Virus record (IMG/VR): IMGVR_UViG_3300015371_000006
Location: 47,597 to 111,596 of that record
Source of the DNA: a virus
DNA: 64,000 nt
Strand: one strand, 5' to 3'
Both the position numbers and the translations under genes were made by a program. Below the pieces are notes generated by a model, which searched no databases, was not told the origin of the DNA, and saw nothing but the letters and a program-made list of their open reading frames with translations. Below are positions 55,805 to 64,000 of this stretch, piece after piece (position 1 is the first letter of the stretch; every line of letters starts with the position of its first letter).

Positions 55805-56380
55805 CTACGCGCATTCCCATCCACTCGGCCCCACGTCGGTCCAGACGCGGTGGGCGATGATGTCCTGGTGCTTCGGTGCCGCCGCTCCGGCGGTCGAGGT
55901 TCCGGCGAGGGCCGGGCCTCCCCACTGAGCCCAGGTCGCCGTCAGCAGCCCGTAGGCCCCTGCGAATCCGACGTGGTAGTCGGCCCCGCTCTCGCAGACG
56001 ACGATGTAGTACGGCAGCGCCCAGCGCTGTCCGCCGCCCGTGTAGGGCACGCTTGCCCGCCACATGCGGTACTCGGCGAACTTGTCCGCCAGCTCTCCCC
56101 GGCGCTCGGCGATGACCTTGCGGTCGGCCTTGCGCTTGAGGCAGAACTTGTGCTGCTGGATCGCTTCCCGCTCCAGCTTCTTGAGCGGGGTCGCGTCCTC
56201 CCAGCGACGGTGCGAGTAGCCGTGCTTGAGCAGCTCGTCCGCCCGGTCGATGTGGTACCGGATGTTCTGCTCGTCGCAGGTGTAGGGCGTGCGGTCGTTT
56301 CCGGCTGCGGTCGATCCCGCCGTTGCCACCAGGGCGACGGCGAGTGCGGCCAGCAGCGCGGCGCTCAGCCGCACGACCAC
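55805..56380 (-). CDS. Secreted Rpf-like lytic transglycosylase
   Basis: Signal peptide; IVVCESG..GAYG...TW..GG..Q..IA..W..G..W.C. Confidence 0.75.
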   Translation of the reverse strand: MVVRLSAALLAALAVALVATAGSTAAGNDRTPYTCDEQNIRYHIDRADELLKHGYSHRRWEDATPLKKLEREAIQQHKFCLKRKADRKVIAERRGELADKFAEYRMWRASVPYTGGGQRWALPYYIVVCESGADYHVGFAGAYGLLTATWAQWGGPALAGTSTAGAAAPKHQDIIAHRVWTDVGPSGWECA

Positions 56381-56964
56381 GCGCTCGCTCCCACGTCGGC
56401 GTAGATCTCGGCCGCGCAGGCATCCTGGCCTGCCGGTGTCCCGAGGTCACAGCCGTAGGCCGAGGCCGTCGACGGCATGATCTGATACGCGCCGTAGGCC
56501 CCGGACGACGGGTTGACGGCGCTGTAGTCGCCGCCCGACTCGCACTGGGTGATGTAGCTCGGGATCGCTCCCCCGGTGCCACTCGACGTCGTGCTCGCCG
56601 CGTCGTATGTTTCGGTTTCCGCATAGCCCGCGTCGGATACAGGTTCCGGTGCGGGTGCGGGGTTCAGCAGCGCGTTGAGCCGGTCGGTCTCTGAGCATGC
56701 CTGCTGGTTGCTGATCGGCTCGCGCGTTCCGTTGCCAAGCACCCCGTCGTCGACGAGGTTCGCTCCGACTGCGGCGCTGCCCAGCTTCTCCTGGGCCTTG
56801 GCGTAGGTGACGAGGTATTCCTCCTCGCAGATGTGCAGCCCGTTGTCCTTGGTTCCGGGCTCCAGCCCGGTCGGCTGCGTGTCCTTGGCACCCGCGAACG
56901 GGCTGCCGGTTGTGACCGCCGCGCACATCAGCACGAGGGCGGCCACGCCGATGCGATAGCGCAT
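56365..56964 (-). CDS. Secreted Rpf-like lytic transglycosylase
   Basis: Signal peptide; ITQCESGGDY..NPSSGAYGAYQIMPST..QD..A..G..AW.C. Confidence 0.85.
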   Translation of the reverse strand: MRYRIGVAALVLMCAAVTTGSPFAGAKDTQPTGLEPGTKDNGLHICEEEYLVTYAKAQEKLGSAAVGANLVDDGVLGNGTREPISNQQACSETDRLNALLNPAPAPEPVSDAGYAETETYDAASTTSSGTGGAIPSYITQCESGGDYSAVNPSSGAYGAYQIMPSTASAYGCDLGTPAGQDACAAEIYADVGASAWSCG

Positions 56965-57158
56965 CGTGGTCCTCCTTTGATCGGTTCATCGTTCAGCCCG
57001 ATCTGCGCAGCTACCGCCGGGGCGACTTACCCCCTAACGAGTGCTTTCGGCGGCGCACTTCTACTGGGACTTCGTTCAGCGCAGACCACAAGGGTTGATC
57101 GTGGGAACCACCTCCTTTCCTTGGTCGGTTGGTCGGGGAAGCCTAGTACCAGTTCGGG

Positions 57159-57407
57159 CTAGCGGGTGCCGGTGGACTCTGTGGGCTCGCGCTCGGCCTC
57201 GCGCGCGTCGCGGATGCGCTCGATGTCCTTGCGCAGCCACACGGGCGTCGCTCTCAGCTCGCGCCAGGGTGTCGGCAGCACGCCGGTCTTGCGGTAGCGG
57301 GCGACGCGGGTGCGCTCGACTCCGAGGATCTCGGCGGCCTCCACGCTGCCAACGATGTCCTCGGGCCGCACCCGGACGTACTTGCCCTTCTTGCCGTTCG
57401 CGGTCAT
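57159..57407 (-). CDS. AlpA/excisionase-like HTH DNA-binding protein
   Basis: IVGSVEAAEILGV..G.LP.P..PVW...DI. Confidence 0.7.
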   Translation of the reverse strand: MTANGKKGKYVRVRPEDIVGSVEAAEILGVERTRVARYRKTGVLPTPWRELRATPVWLRKDIERIRDAREAEREPTESTGTR

Positions 57408-57863
57408 GCTGCGTCGCTCCTTTCGGCCTCGTAGCGGCGGGCGCGCGGCTGGCGGTCGCCAGCTTCGCGGGTCACCGGCCACTCGGGCCAGGGCCACGTC
57501 TCCGCAGCCTGCTCGTCGTTGATCTGTCCGATCTGCTCGCGCTCGTCCAGCTTGCGAAGGACGATGAAGAGGACGGCGGCGATGGCGATCAGGGTTACAG
57601 GGATTGCGAGTTCCATGTTGGGGCTCCTTGGTCGGGTTGACGTTCTGAAGGAGTCTACTATCTGTAGCGGTCTGTTCCTGCTCAGGGTTCGATTACTTCA
57701 CGAATGACCGCGCTCGTGATTCCTTCGGCCGTCGCCCACAGCCCTGCGTCGAACTCGCTCGGGAAGGGTCCGATCAGGTCGCGCTCCTCGGTGTCGACCA
57801 CCCACCTGCGGTTGCCGTTGCCGCCGGGGAGCGGCTCGCGCTTGTGCCAGGGGTTCGTGCCCA

Positions 57864-59369
57864 TCAGGCCATCACCGCCCCGGCCTCAAATCCGACCAGC
57901 AGGTCGGGCTCGTCGAGCGCCAGCTGCACCATCTTCGCCCCGAGGCGCGTGCACTCCTGGTGCATCTTCTCGTGGAGGTGGTCGTGTGCGACGTGGTGCG
58001 CGAACTCATGCAGCAGCAGGTCGTCGACCGCCTCGCTGCGCCCGTTCTTGAAGAAGGCGTAGCCGAGCGTGCCGTAGTTCAGGGTCAGCTGGCCTCCCTG
58101 TCCGCCGTTGCGCGGCCCGTAGGTCGCGTTGAAGGGCCAGGTGATGTCGCTGACCACCCGGACGTTGATCGTCGCGCCGAGCAGCCGGTCGGCGAGCACC
58201 TGCGCGTACTCGACCACCAGCTTGACGCCGTCGGGGTAGTGCTCGGGCTCCATGATCGTCAGGTTCTCCTCGCCCTCATGCGGCTTCGGGCTCGGCGTAA
58301 CCTGCCCGGCAGGCAGCGCGGCCTCGTGGCCCTTGACCGCCTTCCAGGCCTCCTTGCTGAAGGCCCCGCCGGGGATCACGGTCATGCCCTTGCTCATGGC
58401 GATCTTCGTGCCCTCGGGGTCGGTCTTGTCGTCGATGACGGCGTTCTCGCCGTAGCGCCCGACGACCGCTGCGCTGACCGCCTCGGCCTTGATGTCCTTG
58501 GAGGTCAGCGCGTCGTCGACCCACTTGCCCTCGGCCCCGTCCTTGTCCAGCAGGGTGGCGCAGTTGTTGAGCACGGCCGTCCGCATGTCGCGCAGCCAGC
58601 CCGGCGGCACGTTGTCGCGGTCGGTGGTCAGCGGCACCTTCTGCCCGACGTCGACGTGCCAGCGGTCGCCGGTTTCGACCACCGGGATGCCCATCTCGTA
58701 GAGCGTCGCCACCTCGCCGTCGAGCGGCTCGTAGATGGCGATCTTCGTCTTGCGCCGGGTCGGGCGCAGGTAGCCCTCGTCGTCGGCCAGCTCCGTCCGC
58801 AGGGTCGCGTCGAAGAGGTGCACCGGCTCGCGCTTGCTCAGCGTCATGCCGTTGATCTTCGTCGTGATGCCCGGCGGCGGAATCAGCGTCCCGAACACCT
58901 GCGCGGCCTCGTCGGCCTCGGCGTCGGTCAGCTTCAGCGTCGCGTAGAACCGGGTGCCCGCCTCGCGGATCGGCTCGTCGTACTCGCGCCGCCCCTCGTC
59001 GGTGAACTCCACCAGGCCCTTGGTCGTCCCGATCTGAACGTGGTCGCAGATGGCGATGACCAGCTTCTCGCCGAGGTTGAAGCGCCCGCGCTGGTCGGCG
59101 CGGCCCTTCTTCTTCGACTCCGCGAACAGGGTGTAGGCGTGCTTGAGGTCGGCGAAGCCCTCGGGGGCATCGTCGTCCACGATCAGGGTGTAGCGCCCGT
59201 CGTCGATGGGCTCCAGGGTCACCTCGACCTTGGTCACGCCGTCCTCGTCCCAGGCGTTCTGGATCAGCTCGGTGATGGCGAAGTGCTTGCCACGCCGCTC
59301 CAGCAGCTTGGCGAGGCCCTTCTTGTCGACGTCGTAGACCGGCTTGCGCCGGGGCTCCTTGTTGCTCAT
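57864..59369 (-). CDS. GHKL (Hsp90/MutL-like) ATPase with C-terminal HExxH metallopeptidase-like motif
   Basis: ELIQNAWD, DDAPEGF, RGRFNLGEK, GT; LLHEFAHH. Confidence 0.8.
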   Translation of the reverse strand: MSNKEPRRKPVYDVDKKGLAKLLERRGKHFAITELIQNAWDEDGVTKVEVTLEPIDDGRYTLIVDDDAPEGFADLKHAYTLFAESKKKGRADQRGRFNLGEKLVIAICDHVQIGTTKGLVEFTDEGRREYDEPIREAGTRFYATLKLTDAEADEAAQVFGTLIPPPGITTKINGMTLSKREPVHLFDATLRTELADDEGYLRPTRRKTKIAIYEPLDGEVATLYEMGIPVVETGDRWHVDVGQKVPLTTDRDNVPPGWLRDMRTAVLNNCATLLDKDGAEGKWVDDALTSKDIKAEAVSAAVVGRYGENAVIDDKTDPEGTKIAMSKGMTVIPGGAFSKEAWKAVKGHEAALPAGQVTPSPKPHEGEENLTIMEPEHYPDGVKLVVEYAQVLADRLLGATINVRVVSDITWPFNATYGPRNGGQGGQLTLNYGTLGYAFFKNGRSEAVDDLLLHEFAHHVAHDHLHEKMHQECTRLGAKMVQLALDEPDLLVGFEAGAVMA

Positions 59370-59779
59370 GCTCCAGCCTCCTGCCTCTCGGCGATGTCGT
59401 TGGCGCGCTCCATCTGATCCGCGATGCGGTGCAGCCCGTTGGCGATATAGTTGGTCGTATCGACCAGGTTGGCGATCTCACCGTTCGCGTCTGCCACGTT
59501 CGGTGAGGTCAGGACGTCGTGCAGGGCCTCGGCTACGGGGTCCGCCATGCTCAGCTCCTCTCGGTCTCGGCGAGCGCCTCGTCGGTGGCCTTGTCGCGCT
59601 TGCGGCGCGTGTCCCAGGCCCTCTTCGCGGCGGCGCGCCGCTTGCGCGTCTGCGCGGCCTTCTGCCCGCGCGTCAGCTCCTTGGTCGGGTTGTCGCCGCG
59701 CAACATATCGCGGGCGGCGTGCAGCCGGGCGACTTCCGCCTCGGCGGTTTCGATCAGGGCGTCCAGCTTGCCCATCAGG

Positions 59780-60268
59780 TCAGCGTCCATCGGTGTCCTC
59801 CTTGTCGGGCTGCCACAGCAGCTGGTGCAGGTTGTGCGCGTTCTCGTTCTTGGCCTGTTCGAAGATCATCTCCGCGACCCGCGCGTAGCCCGCGATGTCG
59901 AGCCAGTGGTCGCGGTAGCGCGGGGTGTGGCGGATGCGGCTCAGCTTCAGGCAGATCATCAGCACGGGCAGGTGGTGCTCGCGGATGTCGAGCCCGGTCG
60001 CGCCCGTCGCCAGCGCCGCGAAGGCGCGGGCTGCCTCCAGCTGCGGACCGTAGGCTTCGGCGCGCTCGCCCGAGGTCAGCTCATCTGCGTCCAGCAGCAG
60101 GTTCTCGGCCTCGGGGTCGCGGCGCGGGCCGACCGGCTCGCGCTCGCGTGCCCTGCGGATGAGGTGCGCCAGCTCCTGCTCGGCCGAGTAGTGGCGGGCG
60201 TGCGTCGGGGCCTCCACGAAGTCGCGCGCCAGCTGGTCGGTGATGGTGATGGTGATCGTGTCAGGCAT
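59780..60268 (-). CDS. DUF6378 domain protein
   Basis: ER...YG..M..LKLSR..D.W.DIAGYA. Confidence 0.75.
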   Translation of the reverse strand: MPDTITITITDQLARDFVEAPTHARHYSAEQELAHLIRRAREREPVGPRRDPEAENLLLDADELTSGERAEAYGPQLEAARAFAALATGATGLDIREHHLPVLMICLKLSRIRHTPRYRDHWLDIAGYARVAEMIFEQAKNENAHNLHQLLWQPDKEDTDGR

Positions 60269-60743
60269 TCGCGCGCTCCATGAATCTCGGGGTTGAATCG
60301 CTGCGCTCCAGCCGGTCGGCCCAAGTCCTGATCCGCCCGGCTGTCTCCTCCAGGTCGACGCCCTCGCGGGCTCCGTCGACCAGCGAGATCAGGACCGCGA
60401 TCCCGTAGCCGTCGATGTCGCCGACGTCGAACTTCTCGGCGAGGTAGGGCGGGACGTGCTCCAGCTTGCGGTTGAGCCACGGCCCCTGCATGTGGTTGCC
60501 CGTCTCGCGCAGCCAGAGCGTGAAGCCGCCGCCCCTGCCGAGACCCTCGACCCGTCGCCGGGTGTAGTGCCCGTTGCCGTGCTCGACGTGCTCCTGGTCG
60601 ATCACGAGCATCCGCCACCCGGTCCCGAAGGCCGCGTAGTGGAAGCACGCGCTCCCGCGTGCGTCGAGTTCGGCGGCGATGGCCCTTGCGTCGAAGGGAA
60701 GGTCGGGCCGGTCGAGCGCGACCTCTCCGCTGTAGCTAGGCAT
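60261..60743 (-). CDS. Hypothetical protein
   Basis: GGAG RBS, coupling. Confidence 0.6.
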   Translation of the reverse strand: MPSYSGEVALDRPDLPFDARAIAAELDARGSACFHYAAFGTGWRMLVIDQEHVEHGNGHYTRRRVEGLGRGGGFTLWLRETGNHMQGPWLNRKLEHVPPYLAEKFDVGDIDGYGIAVLISLVDGAREGVDLEETAGRIRTWADRLERSDSTPRFMERANA

Positions 60744-61026
60744 GGCTTTCTCCATTCTTCGGCCGCAGCTTGTCGAGCCCTGCGAAGGGACTGCGGCTGC
60801 GCTTGTCGGTTGCGCGGCGCTCGCGGTTCTCGCGGAACGCCGCCTCCTGCTCATCGAGGTTTCCGGCCTGCGCACGCTTGCCGGTCAGGTGGTAGCCGCC
60901 GCACACGTCGCAGGCGTACCAGCGGGCGGGCGGGTAGCGCCAGGTCCGCTGCGCCAGCTCCAGCCCGCGCTGCGCCTCGGCGAGCGTCGGGTACTTGGTC
61001 TTGCCCCTGCAGTCGTCGCTAGCCAT
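60736..61026 (-). CDS. Small Zn-finger phage protein
   Basis: C.GK..Y....A..Y.C..CGGYHLT. Confidence 0.65.
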   Translation of the reverse strand: MASDDCRGKTKYPTLAEAQRGLELAQRTWRYPPARWYACDVCGGYHLTGKRAQAGNLDEQEAAFRENRERRATDKRSRSPFAGLDKLRPKNGESHA

Positions 61027-61325
61027 CGGCTTCCGCCTTTGCCGCCGCGAGCAGCTGGTCGACGTCGACGTGCTGCGGATCGCCGGGGTCGGCCTGCAGG
61101 TAGAGGGCCATCGCCCGCTGCAGCTCGCCGGGTTCGATCTCGTCCGCGCTCCACGGCCCGATCTGCGCGTGGCAGTGGCCGCAGAGCATCTGCCGTCCGG
61201 CGAAGTACCGCGCCCGCAGCGCGGGGACCGCGATCCCCTGCGCCATGACCTCCTCGGCGCAGGGGACGCAGATGACCTGGCGTCCGTGGGTGTAGTGGCT
61301 CGGGCGGCGCGTGGTCGTCATCGCC

Positions 61326-62291
61326 CTAGCTCCCGTTGCTGACCAGCGGCACGCGCTTGTTGTCGGCCAGGCCCTTGTTCCAGTGGTTGATCAGGACCGG
61401 GGTCAGCTCCTCGGCGTTGCTCATCATGTAGCGGTCGAACCGGAACTTCGGCATGTGGTTCTTCCACCGGGTGATGGCTGCCGCCTCGTCCTGGTGGTGG
61501 CGGCGGACGATGATGATCGCGGCGTAGATCGAGGCGCGGAGGGTGTGCACCCGGTATGCGGCCGGGTTGGCCTCCTTGCCTCCGAAGGCCCCGATGATCG
61601 TCGCCGCCGTGTCGGCCAGGTTGCGGTCGAAGGGCTTCTTGAGCACCTCCATCGCCGCGCCGCCGCCGCCCGCCGACATGGTGCCGGTGACGTAGGCCGC
61701 GACCATGAGCCGCATCTGATTCGGCGTCAGCCGCGTCTTCGATGACGTGGCCGAGGTGACCAGCCAGCTCCAGGGGTGCGCCCCGTTCGGCGAGGTCACG
61801 GCGTCCTGCACGTACTCACTGAAGGGGTCGGTCGCGCTGAGCACCAGGATGCTCGGGTTGACCGTGCTGCGCTTCGCCTGCCCGGCGAAGAGCGCCTTCA
61901 TCTCGTCCTCGTCGAGGTGGCGAGCCAGCGTCGGCAATTCGGCGCGGGCGATGATCGCTCCGGCCGCACGGTGCTGTCCGTCGTTCGCCCACGCTGCGTT
62001 CTTGTGCAGCGCGATCTCGATGGCGGGCATCGGCTCTCCGGCCTTGATCGCCTCGGCGATCTTGCGCGCCTTGGTCACGTTGAGCGGCCGCTGGAATCCG
62101 ATGATCTGTCCGTCGACCACCTCCTGCACCGGGACGAGCAGGCTCGCCAGCTCCTCCGGTGTTGCGATCCGGTAGCCCTCCTTGCCGGTCGGGTACTTGT
62201 GACCCTTGATCCCCTTCATGATCGGGGTCGCGTCCGTCCGGCTCATGTTGTGTCCCTGCAGCAACTTGCCCAGGGGTGTGCCTCGCATCAT
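61326..62291 (-). CDS. ParB-superfamily DGQHR-motif protein
   Basis: FQRPL..NDGQHR; CCGACCAAGGAGG upstream. Confidence 0.75.
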   Translation of the reverse strand: MMRGTPLGKLLQGHNMSRTDATPIMKGIKGHKYPTGKEGYRIATPEELASLLVPVQEVVDGQIIGFQRPLNVTKARKIAEAIKAGEPMPAIEIALHKNAAWANDGQHRAAGAIIARAELPTLARHLDEDEMKALFAGQAKRSTVNPSILVLSATDPFSEYVQDAVTSPNGAHPWSWLVTSATSSKTRLTPNQMRLMVAAYVTGTMSAGGGGAAMEVLKKPFDRNLADTAATIIGAFGGKEANPAAYRVHTLRASIYAAIIIVRRHHQDEAAAITRWKNHMPKFRFDRYMMSNAEELTPVLINHWNKGLADNKRVPLVSNGS

Positions 62292-62470
62292 CTAGTCCTC
62301 CTTGGTCGGGTTGTCCTGCGAAGTGTCGTCGTCGTCGAGGAGTTCTCCGTAGCGGCTGCGGATCTCCTCGTTGCGCTGCTTGATCCGGTCGTCGGCCCAC
62401 CAGATCAGCCAGGCCACGAGGGCCTGCGCGCTGAGCAGGATGCCGATGACCGAGATGGCGGTGTCGGTGC

Positions 62471-62869
62471 TCATCCGTCGACCGCCTTGTAGACGCCGGG
62501 GGCGACGCGCTCGACTCCCTTGCCCCGCCGCCGGGCGAGTTCTGCGCTCAGGGTCTGCGCGAAGGTCTTGCCCTTGGTCTTGACCGCGCCGCTGTCGATC
62601 AGCGCCTCGGCCAGGTCGCGGTAGTGCATCGGTCCGCGTTCGGCGAGCAGCTTGACCGCCGCGTCGCCAATGCTCGGTCCGCGCTTCGTCATCGAGGTGC
62701 CTCCTGTCATGACCTTCGTCCGCAGGCGGCTGCCACCGATCCGCATGGCCTCGGCCTCGGTCACGTTGTCGAGCCGCTTGATCTGATCCGCCGTCAGCTC
62801 GGCCTCCAGGCTGAGCCCGGCGATCTGCAGCTTGCGCCGCCGGTCGGCAGGGTGCGCGTGTTTTGTCAT
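62471..62869 (-). CDS. Second HARE-HTH protein
   Basis: DAAVKLLAERGPMHYRDL..TKGKT..TL.AEL..RVAPGVY. Confidence 0.75.
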   Translation of the reverse strand: MTKHAHPADRRRKLQIAGLSLEAELTADQIKRLDNVTEAEAMRIGGSRLRTKVMTGGTSMTKRGPSIGDAAVKLLAERGPMHYRDLAEALIDSGAVKTKGKTFAQTLSAELARRRGKGVERVAPGVYKAVDG

Positions 62870-62897
62870 GGTGTCCTCTCGCATCGAACTTGGTCGG

Positions 62898-62916
62898 GTG
62901 CCACAGACGATAGCAC
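62898..62916. promoter_or_regulatory. 19-bp palindromic operator (GTGCCACAGACGATAGCAC)
   Basis: Repeat copy between divergent genes. Confidence 0.7.
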
Positions 62917-63243
62917 ATGGATCAAGTCGCCCTGTTTCTCCACACGGGACCGGGCGGCTCTAATCTGTAGCTCCGTTGAGCTATGATCTGTCGCGTTACC
63001 GACCAAGGAGAGTTGTGCACCTGATCATCTTCATCGTCCTGATCGTCTGGCTCGTCCAGGCGGTGATCTACGTCGTCGGCTTCGGCGCGTGGATCGTGTG
63101 GCAGCTTGCGCTGCTGCTCTGGCAGGTTGCGGTGGCGGTCTGGCGCGCGCTCCGTTCCAATGAGGAGGTGGCCTGATGAGCCCCCGCGTCCTGCGTTTCC
63201 TGATCCACTTCATTTGCCCCGGCGTCCGGCTCGGGGGTCCGCG

Positions 63244-63828
63244 ATGACCGCCGAGGCCCGCGAGGCCATGATGGGCTACCTCAGCCAGGTGGCCGAGTTC
63301 ATGGACCGCCACGACCAGCGGTCGGTCGAGCGCATGGTGCTCGACTTCGGCCGCGAGTACGAGTGGCAGCCGCGTCCCGACCACATCGATCCGGGCCGGG
63401 CGAAGGAGTGCTTCACGAACGCGTTCTGGCTCGCCCGCGACAACGACTGGCTCTACGTCGAGGGCTACGTTCTCACGCCCGACATGCCGATTGCGATCCA
63501 TCACGCCTGGGTCGTCGACGGCGGCGGGCGGCTGATCGATCCGACCCTGCGCGAGCCCGCCGACACCGAGTGCGCGTTCTGCCTCGGCGAGGGCTCCGTC
63601 GAGGTGCCGACCGTCGACGACGACGATCTGACCGAGGCCGAGCCGTGCGGCATGTGCGATGGGACCGGCGAGCACCACGGAAAGCGGCGGTCCCTCGACG
63701 GGTCGCTGTACCGGGGCATCCCGTTCACGGCCGAGGTCGCCGCGAAGGCGATCCTGTCGGCCGGGGTCTACGGCGTGCTCACCTCGCCGCTGATCCTCGA
63801 TGGCGACCTCGCGGAGCTGGCGTCATGA
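63244..63828 (+). CDS. Papain/transglutaminase-like Cys-His-Asp protein with DnaJ-type Zn finger
   Basis: ECFTNA..YVEG..HHAWVVD..IDPT; CAFCLGEG / CGMCDGTG. Confidence 0.7.
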   Translation: MTAEAREAMMGYLSQVAEFMDRHDQRSVERMVLDFGREYEWQPRPDHIDPGRAKECFTNAFWLARDNDWLYVEGYVLTPDMPIAIHHAWVVDGGGRLIDPTLREPADTECAFCLGEGSVEVPTVDDDDLTEAEPCGMCDGTGEHHGKRRSLDGSLYRGIPFTAEVAAKAILSAGVYGVLTSPLILDGDLAELAS

Positions 63829-63975
63829 CCTGGCCGTCTGTCATCGACCTGATCGCGGCCTCGGTGTTCGTGGTGTTCGCGCTCGTCGGCCTCCAGGGCG
63901 GCACCTACGAGTGGTTGCTGATGTCGGTCGTCGCGGGTGCCCTCGCCCTCGCCCATCACGACTGGTGAACGAGCG

Positions 63976-64000
63976 AGCCCCCGGCGTCGTGCCGGGGGCT
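63976..64000 (+). terminator. Hairpin at window edge
   Basis: AGCCCCCGGC-gtcgt-GCCGGGGGCT. Confidence 0.55.

Larger units (their letters stand above)
1..64000. mobile_element. Segment of a large tailed phage/prophage genome (probable actinobacterial host)
   Basis: TerL, portal, MuF, EndoVII/HNH nucleases, DUF932, phage-type methylases and dense small overlapping ORFs; no host housekeeping genes; no ends or att site visible. Confidence 0.95.

Noticed and set aside
56970-57140. c-di-AMP (ydaO) riboswitch call
   Set aside because: Context fits but I could not match the conserved consensus by eye; kept only as an unassigned leader
61326-62291. Dnd phosphorothioation system suggested by the DGQHR motif
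   Set aside because: No dndA/C/D/E-like genes in the window; treated as a stand-alone ParB-superfamily protein

Overview
This 64-kb window is a high-GC (about 70%) segment of a large tailed phage or prophage, almost entirely coded on the minus strand. The host is probably actinobacterial; Thermoleophilia/Solirubrobacterales is my inference from the mIHF, Rpf-like transglycosylase, DUF3152, DUF2510/DUF4190 genes and the leaderless promoters. It carries dispersed head-assembly genes (probable TerS, gpA-type TerL, portal, MuF), an initiator tRNA-Met, two DNA methyltransferases, ParB-like proteins, HNH and EndoVII nucleases, glycan-active enzymes and many small hypothetical genes. No capsid, prohead protease, integrase, polymerase, RT or CRISPR array is visible. 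The most striking signal is a pair of giant proteins built as strings of modules separated by a conserved G-Q-x-S-P peptide. One is a 2387-aa MuF fusion (zincin, RyR, GNAT, ADP-ribosyltransferase, Zeta-like kinase, HipA/PI3K-like kinase, dead ART). The other is an ORF of at least 1583 aa, missing from the ORF track, that runs off the left edge. The linker is conserved as a peptide despite synonymous codon changes, which suggests virion-packaged effector polyproteins cut by a protease. A 44-aa acidic gene with its own leaderless promoter is overprinted inside the MuF gene directly after the Zeta domain (candidate nested antitoxin). The window also shows a recurrent 19-bp palindromic operator (GTGCTA-N7-TAGCAC) and a recurrent start-associated sequence (CCGACCAAGGAGG). 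All domain calls are by eye from motifs; no searches were run.
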